Shown piece by piece: positions 1-9,990 of a stretch of DNA of 64,000 nucleotides. The first letter of the stretch is position 1; each line of letters begins with the position of its first letter. Source of the DNA: Candidatus Omnitrophota bacterium (lineage in GTDB: Bacteria > Omnitrophota > Gorgyraeia > Duberdicusellales > 4484-171); the NCBI GenBank assembly GCA_043823745.1, contig JBDRAN010000005.1, positions 4,459 to 68,458 of the forward strand, written 5' to 3'. Position numbers and translations under genes: made by a program. The notes beneath the pieces are model-generated. The model was not told the DNA's origin and searched no databases. It was given only the letters and a program-made list of their open reading frames with translations.

Positions 1-1133
1 CCGTGTTTACGAGAAAAAATATAATACGATTCTTTGCCGCCTCCGGAATAAGGCCAGCCGCCACGCAACACATTGTCAAGGTATGTTTGCCCCACGTAAT
101 GGCTCAGTTCGCGTGAGCTTGAAACACACAACGCCTCGGTCTTAATGTCCCTGATAATTTTTTTATTCTCCGCTTCCTTCTGCGCAAGAAAAGCAGCATT
201 GACGTTCGCGACGAACTTCTCGATCAACGTAAGCTTAAATGAGGCACCAAACATACTATAGAAGACTTTTTCCTGGCCGCTCGCCAGATGCCAGGTAAAG
301 TGGCTGAATGCACAGGGGGTTTTCCCGCAATCGATCTGGGGGCACGGGGTTTTGAAATCATCACGGAGAAATTTAACCGGGATCGCATACGATTGATCGT
401 GCCCAAACAATATATCCGGATCAACGATATGATAGGGGTACACGCGAAGGCCATCCTTCTCGTAAAACGAATAATTAAAGTTAGCGCCTTCGATAAGTTT
501 TGTTTGGCTTGCGTCAACCGGATCAACGATAAGCCTGAACAACGCCAAATTATTTTTCACCGAGCAATGCATCCAGGCTTCAAGCGTTCGCGCGAGGTCC
601 TTCAAGAAAAGATTATTGGCGCCAAAAGGGATAATACGCGGAAGGCCATCAACAATTTCAAGGTCTACCGGTTTATCCGAAATATTCCTAATAGAAAACA
701 CGCGCACCAGTCCTCCTACCGGCGCGTTGGGCATCGTAAAGTACCGTATGGTAAAAGCCAGTCCGAGATGATGATTAACCTTGCGAATCGTCAACGAATC
801 GCTTTCAATAATCATTTCCTCGTCGCGCTTATGCCCCGAGACGACGCGAAACGGCTCATGAAATGTCGCACCGTTGATTTTTAAGAACGTGCGAAAGCCG
901 ATACTTGAAACGAGCGCGTAGGCTTTATTGGCAGGAAAGAATTCGCCGATGCAATGATCTTTATCCTGGAGGCCAAAACTAATAACACCCTGGGCACGAT
1001 TAACGTAAAAAACCCACACGGGAACCCCCCAGGCGCCGGCAATACCGGGAAGAAAATTAGAAAACGGAGCGGTTCGATTATAATCTTTAATGTGAAAACT
1101 ACCTTCATGCTCAAGCACGTAATCTCTACTCAT
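1..1133 (-). CDS. Large conserved protein often annotated as cellobiose phosphorylase-like; runs off the window start
   Basis: Not in the ORF track. Manual minus-strand translation from ATG 1133 gives MSRDYVLEHEGSFHIKDYNRTAPFSNFLPGIAGAWGVPVWVFYVNRAQG, matching a recognisable F-S-x-F-L-P-G-I-A-G...W-x-F-Y-V-N-R family N-terminus. Confidence 0.7.
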   Translation of the reverse strand, partial: MSRDYVLEHEGSFHIKDYNRTAPFSNFLPGIAGAWGVPVWVFYVNRAQGVISFGLQDKDHCIGEFFPANKAYALVSSIGFRTFLKINGATFHEPFRVVSGHKRDEEMIIESDSLTIRKVNHHLGLAFTIRYFTMPNAPVGGLVRVFSIRNISDKPVDLEIVDGLPRIIPFGANNLFLKDLARTLEAWMHCSVKNNLALFRLIVDPVDASQTKLIEGANFNYSFYEKDGLRVYPYHIVDPDILFGHDQSYAIPVKFLRDDFKTPCPQIDCGKTPCAFSHFTWHLASGQEKVFYSMFGASFKLTLIEKFVANVNAAFLAQKEAENKKIIRDIKTEALCVSSSRELSHYVGQTYLDNVLRGGWPYSGGGKESYYIFSRKH

Positions 1134-1172
1134 TGATCGCCTCGTTCGTTATCGCTGTTAGTATACGTTCAG

Positions 1173-1814
1173 CTACCGATAGATTTTCAGAATCTCCATG
1201 AGCGAAGAAATTACCCTTTTATTTTTATACGTCGCAACTTCCGCTACTCCTGAAGAACCGCCCTTGATAAACACCGCATCAACACCGGCTCTGTGCGCGG
1301 TTTCAAGATCGATACCCATATCCCCGATATACACAGCCTGGGCGCGGGAGGAGCCGAACCGCGCAAGGATCGCGTGCACCATTTTTGGATCGGGCTTGGT
1401 ACCGTTAATTTTATCGGCACACCAGATACCATCAAAATATTTTTTTATGTCCAGGTGCCGGACAATAATATCGGTAAAACGCGCCGGCCGGTTCGACGCA
1501 ACGGCAATTATTTTATTTCTTTTCTTCAAAAGGTAAAGCATTCTTTTTGCGCCTGATTTGGAGCGCGTATACCGGGCAAGTGACCACTCATGGTGCACCC
1601 GATATATACGAAGCGCACGGCGGAATTCATTCTTTTTAAAAAACATCTCCATAAAATGCTTATCACCCGTGCCAACCTTACGCTTTGCTTCCCGATAGCT
1701 GACCGCGCGATACCCAAGTTTGCGTAAGGTAAAATTAAGGCTTTTCTCAATCGCCCGATACGCGTCCACAAGAGTCCCGTCAAGGTCAAAAATAAAAATT
1801 TTCTTCTCAATCAT
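1173..1814 (-). CDS. HAD-superfamily hydrolase (phosphoglycolate phosphatase-like)
   Basis: FDLDGTLVD, KPDP and YIGD motifs; start moved to MIEKK. Confidence 0.9.
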   Translation of the reverse strand: MIEKKIFIFDLDGTLVDAYRAIEKSLNFTLRKLGYRAVSYREAKRKVGTGDKHFMEMFFKKNEFRRALRIYRVHHEWSLARYTRSKSGAKRMLYLLKKRNKIIAVASNRPARFTDIIVRHLDIKKYFDGIWCADKINGTKPDPKMVHAILARFGSSRAQAVYIGDMGIDLETAHRAGVDAVFIKGGSSGVAEVATYKNKRVISSLMEILKIYR

Positions 1815-2000
1815 AGAAACTCTTCCGGGCACCACGCCGCTGCCTGCTACGCAAACCAAGCCCCGATCACGACGCCACCTATACCGATAATGCGAAAAGG
1901 TATTACGGGCAAGATTGGCTACTCAAGAATAAACACGTATGTTCGTATACAAAACGCACGCTGGCGGAAATTGGAATCATGATACAACATCCAGAGTCTT

Positions 2001-2924
2001 TCATGAACCCACACGGTGTTTGCCCCTCAGAAAACTTAAAGAAAAAAACTTCCGGTACCGCTCCCGCTTTAAAGCTTTTAAAATTCGCTCTCCTTCCTCA
2101 AGCGTCTGGCGCTCACCCATCGCCACCAATTCGTTCGCTCGGTCGAAACTACCCCAGGAGAATTTTTCCAAGTTTGGAAAGATAAGATAATCGGCTTCGC
2201 GCACATTATCATCAATTATTTTCTTATAACGGATCTTATCGGTAAGGCATAGCGTTTCCACCGCATTCTTCGGCTCAAAATACACATGCTTCGTTGTTTC
2301 AAGGTTAATGCCGAGGATAAAGCTCGCTTTACCCACAAGGGCTTTCGTTGGTAACGTCTCAATGGCGCCTCCGTCAACGAGCACCTGGTTTTCTAAGGTC
2401 AGTGGTGGAAAAAAACCGGGCAAGGCGGTTGAAGCGATAATGGCGCGATACAACGCCCCGTTTCGCAGATGCACCAGTTTTCCCGCCACAAGGTCGACGC
2501 ACGTCGCTGAAAACGGAATTTTACAATCGGAGAAAGAATGCCCCTCAAACAGCTCTTTAAAAATTTTAAAGAAAGGCTTCGGCTCGATAAGGTACGGCTT
2601 GATAACACAAAGATTCCAGAGATAAAATTGCTGAATCATATTAAATGATTTTTCCAGAACCGCCGTGTCATCACCGAACGTCGCGGAACCAAAATGACGC
2701 TTCAATACGAGGATTTCTTTCTCATGCTTGGTAAATGCCGCAAAAAGTTTTTTTTCAACATGCCGGATATCAGGACAAAGCGCGTAGAGGCCTCCGATAA
2801 CCGCGCCGATAGAAGTTCCGGAGATAATATCGGGCTTAATTTTTAACCGCTCAAACGCACGCAACGCTCCGATGTGAAAAAATCCGCGCGCGCCGCCGCC
2901 ACCAAGCGCCAAACCGAGCACCAT
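2001..2924 (-). CDS. Patatin-like phospholipase
   Basis: GGGGARG, GTSIG and DGG motifs. Confidence 0.92.
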   Translation of the reverse strand: MVLGLALGGGGARGFFHIGALRAFERLKIKPDIISGTSIGAVIGGLYALCPDIRHVEKKLFAAFTKHEKEILVLKRHFGSATFGDDTAVLEKSFNMIQQFYLWNLCVIKPYLIEPKPFFKIFKELFEGHSFSDCKIPFSATCVDLVAGKLVHLRNGALYRAIIASTALPGFFPPLTLENQVLVDGGAIETLPTKALVGKASFILGINLETTKHVYFEPKNAVETLCLTDKIRYKKIIDDNVREADYLIFPNLEKFSWGSFDRANELVAMGERQTLEEGERILKALKRERYRKFFSLSFLRGKHRVGS

Positions 2925-2956
2925 CCTGCCACCTCCTCCAGGGTCTAAACCTAAAG

Positions 2957-2991
2957 AAAAAAGGCAGACCCGGAATGAGTCTGCCTTTTTT
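2957..2991. terminator. Intrinsic terminator, potentially bidirectional
   Basis: A6-GGCAGAC...GTCTGCC-T6 hairpin. Confidence 0.75.
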
Positions 2992-3006
2992 AGATTATAT
3001 ACATTC

Positions 3007-3243
3007 TTATTCTTTGGCGATCGCGATAAAAATTAATCCTGCCAAAGCTAAAAACAAACCAATGCAACCCTTAATCACCATCAAAAGACTTCCCCACCAA
3101 CCAATAACTGCCCACAACCCAAGGCCGATCAATACAACACCAATGACGACTTTCATCATCATTTTGTTCGAATCGCAACACCCTTTCTGTTCCGATGCGA
3201 CACCTGCTGCTGGCACTTCCACTGGTTTCGTTTGCTCTTCCAT
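3007..3243 (-). CDS. Small two-TM membrane protein
   Basis: Two hydrophobic helices, AAGGAGG RBS, own promoter and terminator. Confidence 0.8.
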   Translation of the reverse strand: MEEQTKPVEVPAAGVASEQKGCCDSNKMMMKVVIGVVLIGLGLWAVIGWWGSLLMVIKGCIGLFLALAGLIFIAIAKE

Positions 3244-3286
3244 AATAACCCTCCTTCTTTACGTGATACGCAACGTATCGTGATTA

Positions 3287-3315
3287 ATCTTATATATTTT
3301 CTGCCTATTTGTCAA
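3287..3315 (-). promoter_or_regulatory. Sigma70-type promoter
   Basis: Minus strand TTGACA-17 bp-TAAGAT. Confidence 0.6.
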
Positions 3316-3335
3316 CATTAAAGTGATATAAAGAA

Positions 3336-3368
3336 CAAGCCCCTGCGCCAGTAGAGCGCAGGGGCTTG
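3336..3368. terminator. Hairpin, probable terminator after the glutamate synthase gene
   Basis: CAAGCCCCTGCGC/GCGCAGGGGCTTG perfect stem. Confidence 0.65.
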
Positions 3369-3386
3369 CATCAGGATCATCCAGCG

Positions 3387-4973
3387 TTACTTAAGAATCT
3401 TTTCGGCTTCTTTACGATATGCGTCCATAACATACGGGATGCCGGAAATTTTAGTAGCCTCTTCAGTCAGGCTCATAAGATCTTTCCGGGAAATACTCTG
3501 GAGGCTAAAGTTACGCGAACCAGCCATAAGCTGCTGGAGGCCAACTTTAATTCTCTGAGAGAAAGTGTAAATGGCAACCGCGCCCAGCGGGATCTCATTG
3601 ATATCTTTGCCATATTTTTCTTTCAACTCTTCATAGGAGACAAAGATCTCTTCTGCTTTTTTGCCAAATTCGGAAACGGTGGGCGGAAGCGTGTTGTTCT
3701 TGATCCAATCGCCGATATTTTTACCGACAAAACCGGGGATCATCAACGCTCTTCCCATGCACACCGCTTTAACGTACGGTGCGCCCAACGCTATGACCTT
3801 AAAAATATGGTCTTCAAGAGCGAACCCTCCGGCAATCGCGATATCGGGAATACGCATTTTTTTCTTAGCCAACTTCTCGCAGAACTCATACGTAAGAGCC
3901 TGAAGATAGAAGGTCGGGATTCCCCACTCCTGCATCATGCGCCATGGACTCATCCCGGTTCCGCCCGGAGCGCCGTCAATCGTTAAGAGATCGATTTTGG
4001 CCATTGAAGAAAATTTGAGCGCCTGTGCAAGTTCAACCATGGAGTACGCGCCCGTCTTAAGGGTAATGCGCTTAAAACCCAGATCCCGCAGCCGCTTGAT
4101 CTCCTTCATGAAGCCTCCCTCGGAAACAAACCCCAAACGCGAATGACGCTCAAATTCCTTAATCGCGCCCGCCTTAAAGGCTTCTTCGGTAGCTTTGACT
4201 GTCGGATCGGGCGTTACGATGTATCCGCGCCGTTTCAATTCTTTGGCGCGCGCTAAATCTTTTACTTTAATTTCGCCGCCGATGCATTTTGCTCCCTGAC
4301 CCCACTTTAATTCGATTGTATCAAGTTTATGTTTTTTGCGCACATATTCGGCAACGCCTAAGCGAGTGTCCTCAACGTTCATCTGCACGAGTATCTCGCC
4401 ATAACCGTCATGGAAACGCTTATAAAGCTCAATGCGCCGGTCCATATCGGGGGCGTTGGCAATCTTTCCTTTCGCGTCGAGTTCAAGTTTTGGATCGATA
4501 CCACAAACATTTTCACCGCAGACGATCGTGACGCCGGAGATAGCAGCCCCGACCGCGAAATGCTCCCAGTTTTTACGGGCAATTTCTGTTGAGCCCAGCG
4601 CCCCGGTAAAAATAGGAACTTTCATCTTAACTTTTTTATCCCAGCCATAGTCGGTCTCGGTGTTAACCGAAGGGAATGTTGCCGTGTCGGGATTTGCCTG
4701 GACACCCTTCGGCAAGCCATGTGCGCCGGCGGCATAGCCCTGGATATTCAAATGGGAATAATCGACCGGGTAATCCTTATCTCCCCCTGCGGTCATTTCT
4801 CCGAAAGGTCCCGGATAAATTACTTCGCGTCCGCGGAATGAAGACTTAAAAACTTCGCAATTTCCACGGCATGATTCTAGACAGCGAGAACAGAGCCCCG
4901 AACATGGAACAACGTTTTTTGAGCGATTAAAAGTCCTAGTCGCGTCATTGCCGGCCGGTGAGCGTAAATTCAT
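3387..4973 (-). CDS. FMN-binding glutamate synthase family protein
   Basis: ELKWGQGAK and IDGAPGGTG motifs; N-terminal Cys cluster. Confidence 0.9.
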   Translation of the reverse strand: MNLRSPAGNDATRTFNRSKNVVPCSGLCSRCLESCRGNCEVFKSSFRGREVIYPGPFGEMTAGGDKDYPVDYSHLNIQGYAAGAHGLPKGVQANPDTATFPSVNTETDYGWDKKVKMKVPIFTGALGSTEIARKNWEHFAVGAAISGVTIVCGENVCGIDPKLELDAKGKIANAPDMDRRIELYKRFHDGYGEILVQMNVEDTRLGVAEYVRKKHKLDTIELKWGQGAKCIGGEIKVKDLARAKELKRRGYIVTPDPTVKATEEAFKAGAIKEFERHSRLGFVSEGGFMKEIKRLRDLGFKRITLKTGAYSMVELAQALKFSSMAKIDLLTIDGAPGGTGMSPWRMMQEWGIPTFYLQALTYEFCEKLAKKKMRIPDIAIAGGFALEDHIFKVIALGAPYVKAVCMGRALMIPGFVGKNIGDWIKNNTLPPTVSEFGKKAEEIFVSYEELKEKYGKDINEIPLGAVAIYTFSQRIKVGLQQLMAGSRNFSLQSISRKDLMSLTEEATKISGIPYVMDAYRKEAEKILK

Positions 4974-5067
4974 AGCCCCTCCTTTTATACAAATTATTTA
5001 TACAAAATATGCCTATTCCTTAAGGCACGCATGGTTAAAAATTAAAGGCTCATCCGGAGCCTAAAAT

Positions 5068-5118
5068 AAAAAAAGCATCCCCCTCTACTTCAATGTAGAA
5101 AAGGACGCCTTTGTCCTT
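5068..5118 (-). promoter_or_regulatory. Leader attenuator: ANTAR-type hairpin overlapping an intrinsic terminator
   Basis: Minus strand AAGGAC-AAAGGC-GTCCTT hexaloop hairpin whose 3' side is the 5' arm of terminator GGCGTCCTTTTCTAC...GTAGAGGGGGATGC-T7. Confidence 0.6.
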
Positions 5119-5131
5119 ATAATGCGAAGGT

Positions 5132-5159
5132 ATTCTACTTCCCGCGCGTTAGTTGTCAA
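5132..5159 (-). promoter_or_regulatory. Sigma70-type promoter for the glutamate synthase leader
   Basis: TTGACA-16 bp-TAGAAT. Confidence 0.6.
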
Positions 5160-5192
5160 GAAAAAGATTCGCCTTCAAAATAAGCGATAACC

Positions 5193-5564
5193 TCAACGCG
5201 CACCGCGATGTGCTAAATAATTAAGCAGCATCTGCGCATGCCCTTCGCTCTCGCTGGAAAATTTTATAACCGCCGAATACCATCCATGCCCACCCTGCCG
5301 CCAGCTGCGCAATACTTTCCCGCGCAACAGGAGCTCTTCTGACCTGCCGGATATAGCAATTCGCAACTCAACGAAAATGCCGACGCCGAATTTCTGTTTA
5401 TTCACCGATATCAATGCGCCGCTTTGTGAGGCTTGCGTCACATAGACGAGAAAGCCTTCCTGGCCAAGCTCTTTGCACGAACAGATACCTTTGAGCGGAG
5501 GCACAGGGTCAATCCGCTTTGAAGCGCGTCGCTCGAAAAACCCAAGTTTACGTAAAAAGTTCAT
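5193..5564 (-). CDS. PilZ domain protein
   Basis: ERRASKR (RxxxR) followed by a degenerate SxSG motif and a beta-barrel pattern. Confidence 0.75.
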   Translation of the reverse strand: MNFLRKLGFFERRASKRIDPVPPLKGICSCKELGQEGFLVYVTQASQSGALISVNKQKFGVGIFVELRIAISGRSEELLLRGKVLRSWRQGGHGWYSAVIKFSSESEGHAQMLLNYLAHRGAR

Positions 5565-5579
5565 ACCAAGCACCTCCTA

Positions 5580-5690
5580 GCGCAGTAAGCGCATGTCGGC
5601 TGTTCCAATTAAGCCGGATATTGCGCAGTAAGCGCATATCGGCTGTTCCAATTAAGCCGGATATTGCGCAGTAAGCGCACACCGGCTATT
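5580..5690. repeat. 43-bp tandem repeat, 2 full copies and 1 partial, each carrying two hairpins
   Basis: GCGCAGTAAGCGCATRTCGGCTGTTCCAATTAAGCCGGATATT at 5580 and 5623; partial copy at 5666. Confidence 0.9.
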
Positions 5691-5837
5691 GTAACGCAGA
5701 AGCGTACATACCTCGCCTCAAAGGAATGGCGAGTATGCGCCTTCTGCGCTACCGGCGCAATTTTTGCCTAGAAGGGCAATACTGGCGCTATGCCTCTTAG
5801 CGCCAGGTGCGATTACGCCGGGTATCGTGCAAAAGCG

Positions 5838-6371
5838 TTATTTTATTTTTTTAACGCGGTAACGGTAAATCGTAAGGCGCCCCGCTTCAGAAACGTTTAA
5901 TTCCCAACTATATCGATACTTATAATCAAAATTTTTTCCCGCAACGCCGGTACCTTTATGCCGGGCAACAATCTCGACCCTAAAGCGCTCACGCGGAAGT
6001 TGCTTGATCTTTATCTCGCCGACATCATATTCGTTGCTTAAAATTTCCGCGCGCTGTACCGCATACCAAGCGATAAAATCCTGATGAGTCCTTATCGTGG
6101 CTCCCGGCACTTCCATCTGTAAATCATTTTTAGCAAGATGGTAAAGAAAAAGAAAATCCTCAACCTGATGATCAAGCCAGGCAAACCAACGATAGACGAA
6201 ACTTTTAACATCGTTGTTGGTGGGGACATAGTGGCTGGTTGCGTCTGTTACTTGCGCGCGGGCCTGGATACCTTTCGTTTGGTTTGTGGGTAGCTGCGGT
6301 GTAGCGCCGAGCGAAAGAATCAACATAATAGCTACTATACTATAGCAAAAAAAATAATTTTTCGTTTTCAT
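5838..6371 (-). CDS. Secreted protein, NTF2/SnoaL-like
   Basis: Signal peptide followed by FVYRWFAWLDH...FxxWY pattern. Confidence 0.55.
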   Translation of the reverse strand: MKTKNYFFCYSIVAIMLILSLGATPQLPTNQTKGIQARAQVTDATSHYVPTNNDVKSFVYRWFAWLDHQVEDFLFLYHLAKNDLQMEVPGATIRTHQDFIAWYAVQRAEILSNEYDVGEIKIKQLPRERFRVEIVARHKGTGVAGKNFDYKYRYSWELNVSEAGRLTIYRYRVKKIK

Positions 6372-6386
6372 GGTATCCCCCCCACG

Positions 6387-7049
6387 CTAGGCCGATAGAA
6401 CCGGCGCCCCGGGCTTAACGGACGCATTATCTTGTCGCAACGCATGATATACGTAGGCGAGTGCGACCATCGTTGTCGGAACCGTAGCAAATAACCCCAC
6501 CAGGAGACAAAGCGCGCCGGCAAGATTAAGTAAAAAACAAAGCAGATGAAAACACAATAAGTCCCATTTTACTCCGCCTGTCAAGGCCGAGCTCTTTGAG
6601 AGAGACTCAATAATCCCCACCTTTTCATCGACGAGATAATACCCGTAGAATCCGAATTGTATTGCCCAGATAATCCCCGGAACGATCAGCAACAGAAGGC
6701 CTCCAAACACAATAAGAGCGTACAAAAGAGAAGCAAACAAATATTTAAAAAATAAAGGATAGCAATTTACCAGATCGTTAAAATTGGGTTTTTGGCCCCG
6801 AGCGCACGATAACGCTATTTTAATCATCCCCATGCTGATTAAGATGTTAAGGACAAGAGAAATAATAAAAACTACAAAATTCATTAATCCCGAATGTGCC
6901 TGCTCGGCCATTTTTTGCATAGCATCGAGAATGCCGCCGGTAATACCGCAAATCAAAAGAAGCGCGATGAAAAAGCCGATATTTTTCTTCATGCTCTCCC
7001 AGCCAAAACTGATCGAATCGCTTATGGAAAATCCTTGGTTTGCCATCAA
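6387..7049 (-). CDS. Integral membrane protein (DUF975-like)
   Basis: Multi-TM with LLIVPGI motif. Confidence 0.7.
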   Translation of the reverse strand: MMANQGFSISDSISFGWESMKKNIGFFIALLLICGITGGILDAMQKMAEQAHSGLMNFVVFIISLVLNILISMGMIKIALSCARGQKPNFNDLVNCYPLFFKYLFASLLYALIVFGGLLLLIVPGIIWAIQFGFYGYYLVDEKVGIIESLSKSSALTGGVKWDLLCFHLLCFLLNLAGALCLLVGLFATVPTTMVALAYVYHALRQDNASVKPGAPVLSA

Positions 7050-8467
7050 TCCCCCTTTGCGGCGAAGCGCTTTATGATCGCCGCCGCGGCCCGTTTAGCC
7101 ATACCCATAGCCTCAATAACCGTGCCTTCCCCTCCCACGATATCACCTCCCGCAAAAACATTCTCTATGGACGTTTCCATCGTATCGGGATTAACAATAA
7201 TGTCTCCGTATGCATCAACCGTAAGCATTGCGGTCGCAGCCGTAAGCAGGCGATTCGCACGAAGGCCGATCGCGATGACCGCCACATCGCAGGGTAAAGT
7301 ATATTCGCTACCGGGAACATCAACCGGCGCGCGCCTTCCCGATTGATCCGGCTCGCCACGTTCGCAACGCAATAACGTTATCTCTTTTAAAAATCCATCA
7401 GGGGCTCCACGTAATAAAAGAGGTTTGACGAGAAATGAAAAGATCACCCCTTCCTGTTTGGCATGTTCTATCTCAAGCCTGCGCGCAGGCATTTCAGTCT
7501 CGGTGCGCCGGTACAACAGCGTCGTATCGGGAGAAAACCCACGTATCTTTTGCAGGCGTAACGCGACCCGCGCCGAGTCAATCGCGGTATTTCCGCCACC
7601 GATCACCACTACTTTTTTCCCGATGTTTACCGGCGTATGGAATTGAGGAAATTGCTCCGCACGCATCAGATTAATCCGCGTTAAAAATTCATTGGCAGAA
7701 TACACATTACACAACGTCTCGCCCGGCACCCCCAAGAATGACGGTACGCCCGCGCCCAGACCAAGAAAAACCGCAGAGAATCCTTGCGCGAATAAGTCAC
7801 CAAGTGCACAGGCCCGGCCCACCACAAAATTCGTGACAAACTCAACACCCATTGCTTCCAAGTTCTTAATTTCAACGTCAAGAATTTCGCGGGGCAAACG
7901 AAACGCGGGTATTCCGTATTGCAAGACTCCGCCCAGTTTATGCAAGCTCTCAAAAATAACCACTTTTATGCCGGCACGCGCCAATTCTCCGGCACAACAG
8001 AGCCCTGCCGGCCCCGAACCAACAACGGCAACCCGGGGCGCGCGCGCAGCCGGCGCGCTCACGGTTGAGGCCTGATGAAGCAGGCCCCAATCGCCAATAA
8101 AACGCTCCAAAAAATGAATATTAATTGCGCTGGAAGCAGCAAACGAGAGTCCTTTTTTTGTAAATACGCAGGTCCGACGACACTGGTACTCAGCAGGACA
8201 TACTCGTCCGCACATTGAAGGAAAGTTATTTTTCTGGCGAATAGTCCGGTATGCCGCGGCGTAATCCCGCGCGCAAACCTCTGCGATGAACTTTTTTATG
8301 TCAATACCCACCGGACATCCGGAAGCGCACGAGGCAACAGCACACTGCAGGCATCGTGAAGCCTCACCAATTGCTTCGTCCTCGCTATAGCAAGAAACAA
8401 CTTCATCAAAACTCTGAATACGTTTTGAAACTATCTGCTCTTTTGGTTGTACGGGTTCTTTCTTCAT
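7046..8467 (-). CDS. nfnB: NfnB/SudA (GltD-like) NADPH-dependent oxidoreductase
   Basis: CLQC...GCP and CGRVCP Fe-S motifs, GSGPAG, GGGNTA, FAGGD. Confidence 0.88.
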   Translation of the reverse strand: MKKEPVQPKEQIVSKRIQSFDEVVSCYSEDEAIGEASRCLQCAVASCASGCPVGIDIKKFIAEVCARDYAAAYRTIRQKNNFPSMCGRVCPAEYQCRRTCVFTKKGLSFAASSAINIHFLERFIGDWGLLHQASTVSAPAARAPRVAVVGSGPAGLCCAGELARAGIKVVIFESLHKLGGVLQYGIPAFRLPREILDVEIKNLEAMGVEFVTNFVVGRACALGDLFAQGFSAVFLGLGAGVPSFLGVPGETLCNVYSANEFLTRINLMRAEQFPQFHTPVNIGKKVVVIGGGNTAIDSARVALRLQKIRGFSPDTTLLYRRTETEMPARRLEIEHAKQEGVIFSFLVKPLLLRGAPDGFLKEITLLRCERGEPDQSGRRAPVDVPGSEYTLPCDVAVIAIGLRANRLLTAATAMLTVDAYGDIIVNPDTMETSIENVFAGGDIVGGEGTVIEAMGMAKRAAAAIIKRFAAKGD

Positions 8468-8473
8468 GAAACG

Positions 8474-9337
8474 TTAGAATAATTTTTTAAGTTTACAAAC
8501 ATGCAATTCATCACTGCTATAGATTCTACTGCGCGCGAGAAGTTCCTGCCAGTCGACCTGGTGCGCATCAAACTCCGGGCCATCGATACAACTAAAATAT
8601 ACGCTTCCCGCAACGCTTACCCTGCAGGAACCGCACATACCCGTGGCATCGACCATAAGCGCGTTTAAGGACACAACCGTCTTAATGTTCCGGCTACGCG
8701 TTACCTCACTAACCGCGCGCATCATCGGGATAGGGCCTACCGCATACACGCAACCCGGGGCCTGGTGAGCATACTCTGTGGCAAGTAACGCCTGGAGCGC
8801 CTCGGTCACAAAACCTCTTATTCCTTTACTTCCATCATCAGTGGCGCACTGCAGGCGATCGCAGAACGCTAAAAGCTCCTCTTCAAGAATCAGGAGCTGC
8901 TTGGTGCGGGCGCCGATGAGAGCGGTGACCTTATTCCCTGCCTGTTTAAACGCTCGCGCTACCGGAAGAATTTCAGCGACACCAACACCGCCACCGATCA
9001 CGATTACATTTCCATAATTCTGTATTTCGGTCGCACGCCCGAGAGGGCCGGCAAGGGCAAAAAGTGCCTGGCCAACAGTCATCTGGCCAAGAAGACGGGT
9101 TGTCAAGCCCAACTCTTGAACGATAAGCGTAATGGTCCCCCGCTGCGTGTCCCGATCAACAATGGTCAACGGTATCCGCTCTCCTTCGGACACAACCATA
9201 ACTACCACAAACTGCCCGGCTTCCGATCCTTGCGCAATACCGGGAGCATGCACTTGTATTTTCGTTATCCGCGCAGACTCATCCTGCGACAGAATCTCCC
9301 TGTCAACAATTTTAAAATCCTGCGCTTTCATATCCAT
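8474..9337 (-). CDS. nfnA: NfnA/SudB FAD/2Fe-2S subunit
   Basis: GQF, ERIPLT, GPLG, MVDATGMCGSCRV...CIDGPEF. Confidence 0.9.
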   Translation of the reverse strand: MDMKAQDFKIVDREILSQDESARITKIQVHAPGIAQGSEAGQFVVVMVVSEGERIPLTIVDRDTQRGTITLIVQELGLTTRLLGQMTVGQALFALAGPLGRATEIQNYGNVIVIGGGVGVAEILPVARAFKQAGNKVTALIGARTKQLLILEEELLAFCDRLQCATDDGSKGIRGFVTEALQALLATEYAHQAPGCVYAVGPIPMMRAVSEVTRSRNIKTVVSLNALMVDATGMCGSCRVSVAGSVYFSCIDGPEFDAHQVDWQELLARSRIYSSDELHVCKLKKLF

Positions 9338-9338
9338 A

Positions 9339-9965
9339 TTATTTAAACACGTATTTAAGCACCAGGAACCCTCCGACCAACAGCACCAGAAAAAGAATCG
9401 AGATAATATCAAAATATTTTTCTATTGAATCTTCGATTCTTTTCCCAAAAATCCTCAAAGCTCCGGCTACCAAAAAAAACCTGCCGGCGCGGCCTACGAT
9501 AGACGCGGCCAGGAGCGTGGCGATAGGAATCTTGAAGAGACCTGCGGTAATAGTAATCGCTTTATACGGTATCGGAGTAAACGCCGCGGAGAAAATAGTA
9601 AAAAAAGCGTTGGCCGCGTACATCCGCCCGAGCTTTTCAACCGTTGCCTGCATGTGGTAGGTTTCAACGATAAACTTTCCAACCGTCTCATAAAGACCCC
9701 AGCCAATACAATAGCCAAAAAGCGCACCGACGACTGAGCCGAAGGTGCATATCAATGAATACCGGATCCAACGCTTACGCTGGGCCATAACCATGGCGAT
9801 CAAGAGCACGTCAGGCGGGACCGGGAAAAAAGAACTTTCAATGAATGCAATCCCGAACAGCGCGTAAGGCGCCTGTTTGGTCTTTGCCCAATGTAACGTC
9901 CAATCGTACATCGCTCTAAACCAGCGAACCGGGGTTTTCACAACATACACAATTTTATTCTTCAC
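9339..9965 (-). CDS. YqaA/DedA family membrane protein
   Basis: ESSFFPVPPD and FTPIPYK motifs. Confidence 0.9.
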   Translation of the reverse strand: MKNKIVYVVKTPVRWFRAMYDWTLHWAKTKQAPYALFGIAFIESSFFPVPPDVLLIAMVMAQRKRWIRYSLICTFGSVVGALFGYCIGWGLYETVGKFIVETYHMQATVEKLGRMYAANAFFTIFSAAFTPIPYKAITITAGLFKIPIATLLAASIVGRAGRFFLVAGALRIFGKRIEDSIEKYFDIISILFLVLLVGGFLVLKYVFK

Positions 9966-9990
9966 GCTCTTTTCTCCTCATAAATCGATA

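Noticed and set aside
224-1136. ORF-track entries 224..526, 288..884, 881..1114 and 954..1136
   Set aside because: Shadows of a real minus-strand gene starting at 1133 that runs off the window edge.
5580-5690. Possible CRISPR array
   Set aside because: Units are contiguous near-identical copies with no unique spacers, and there are no cas genes in the window.
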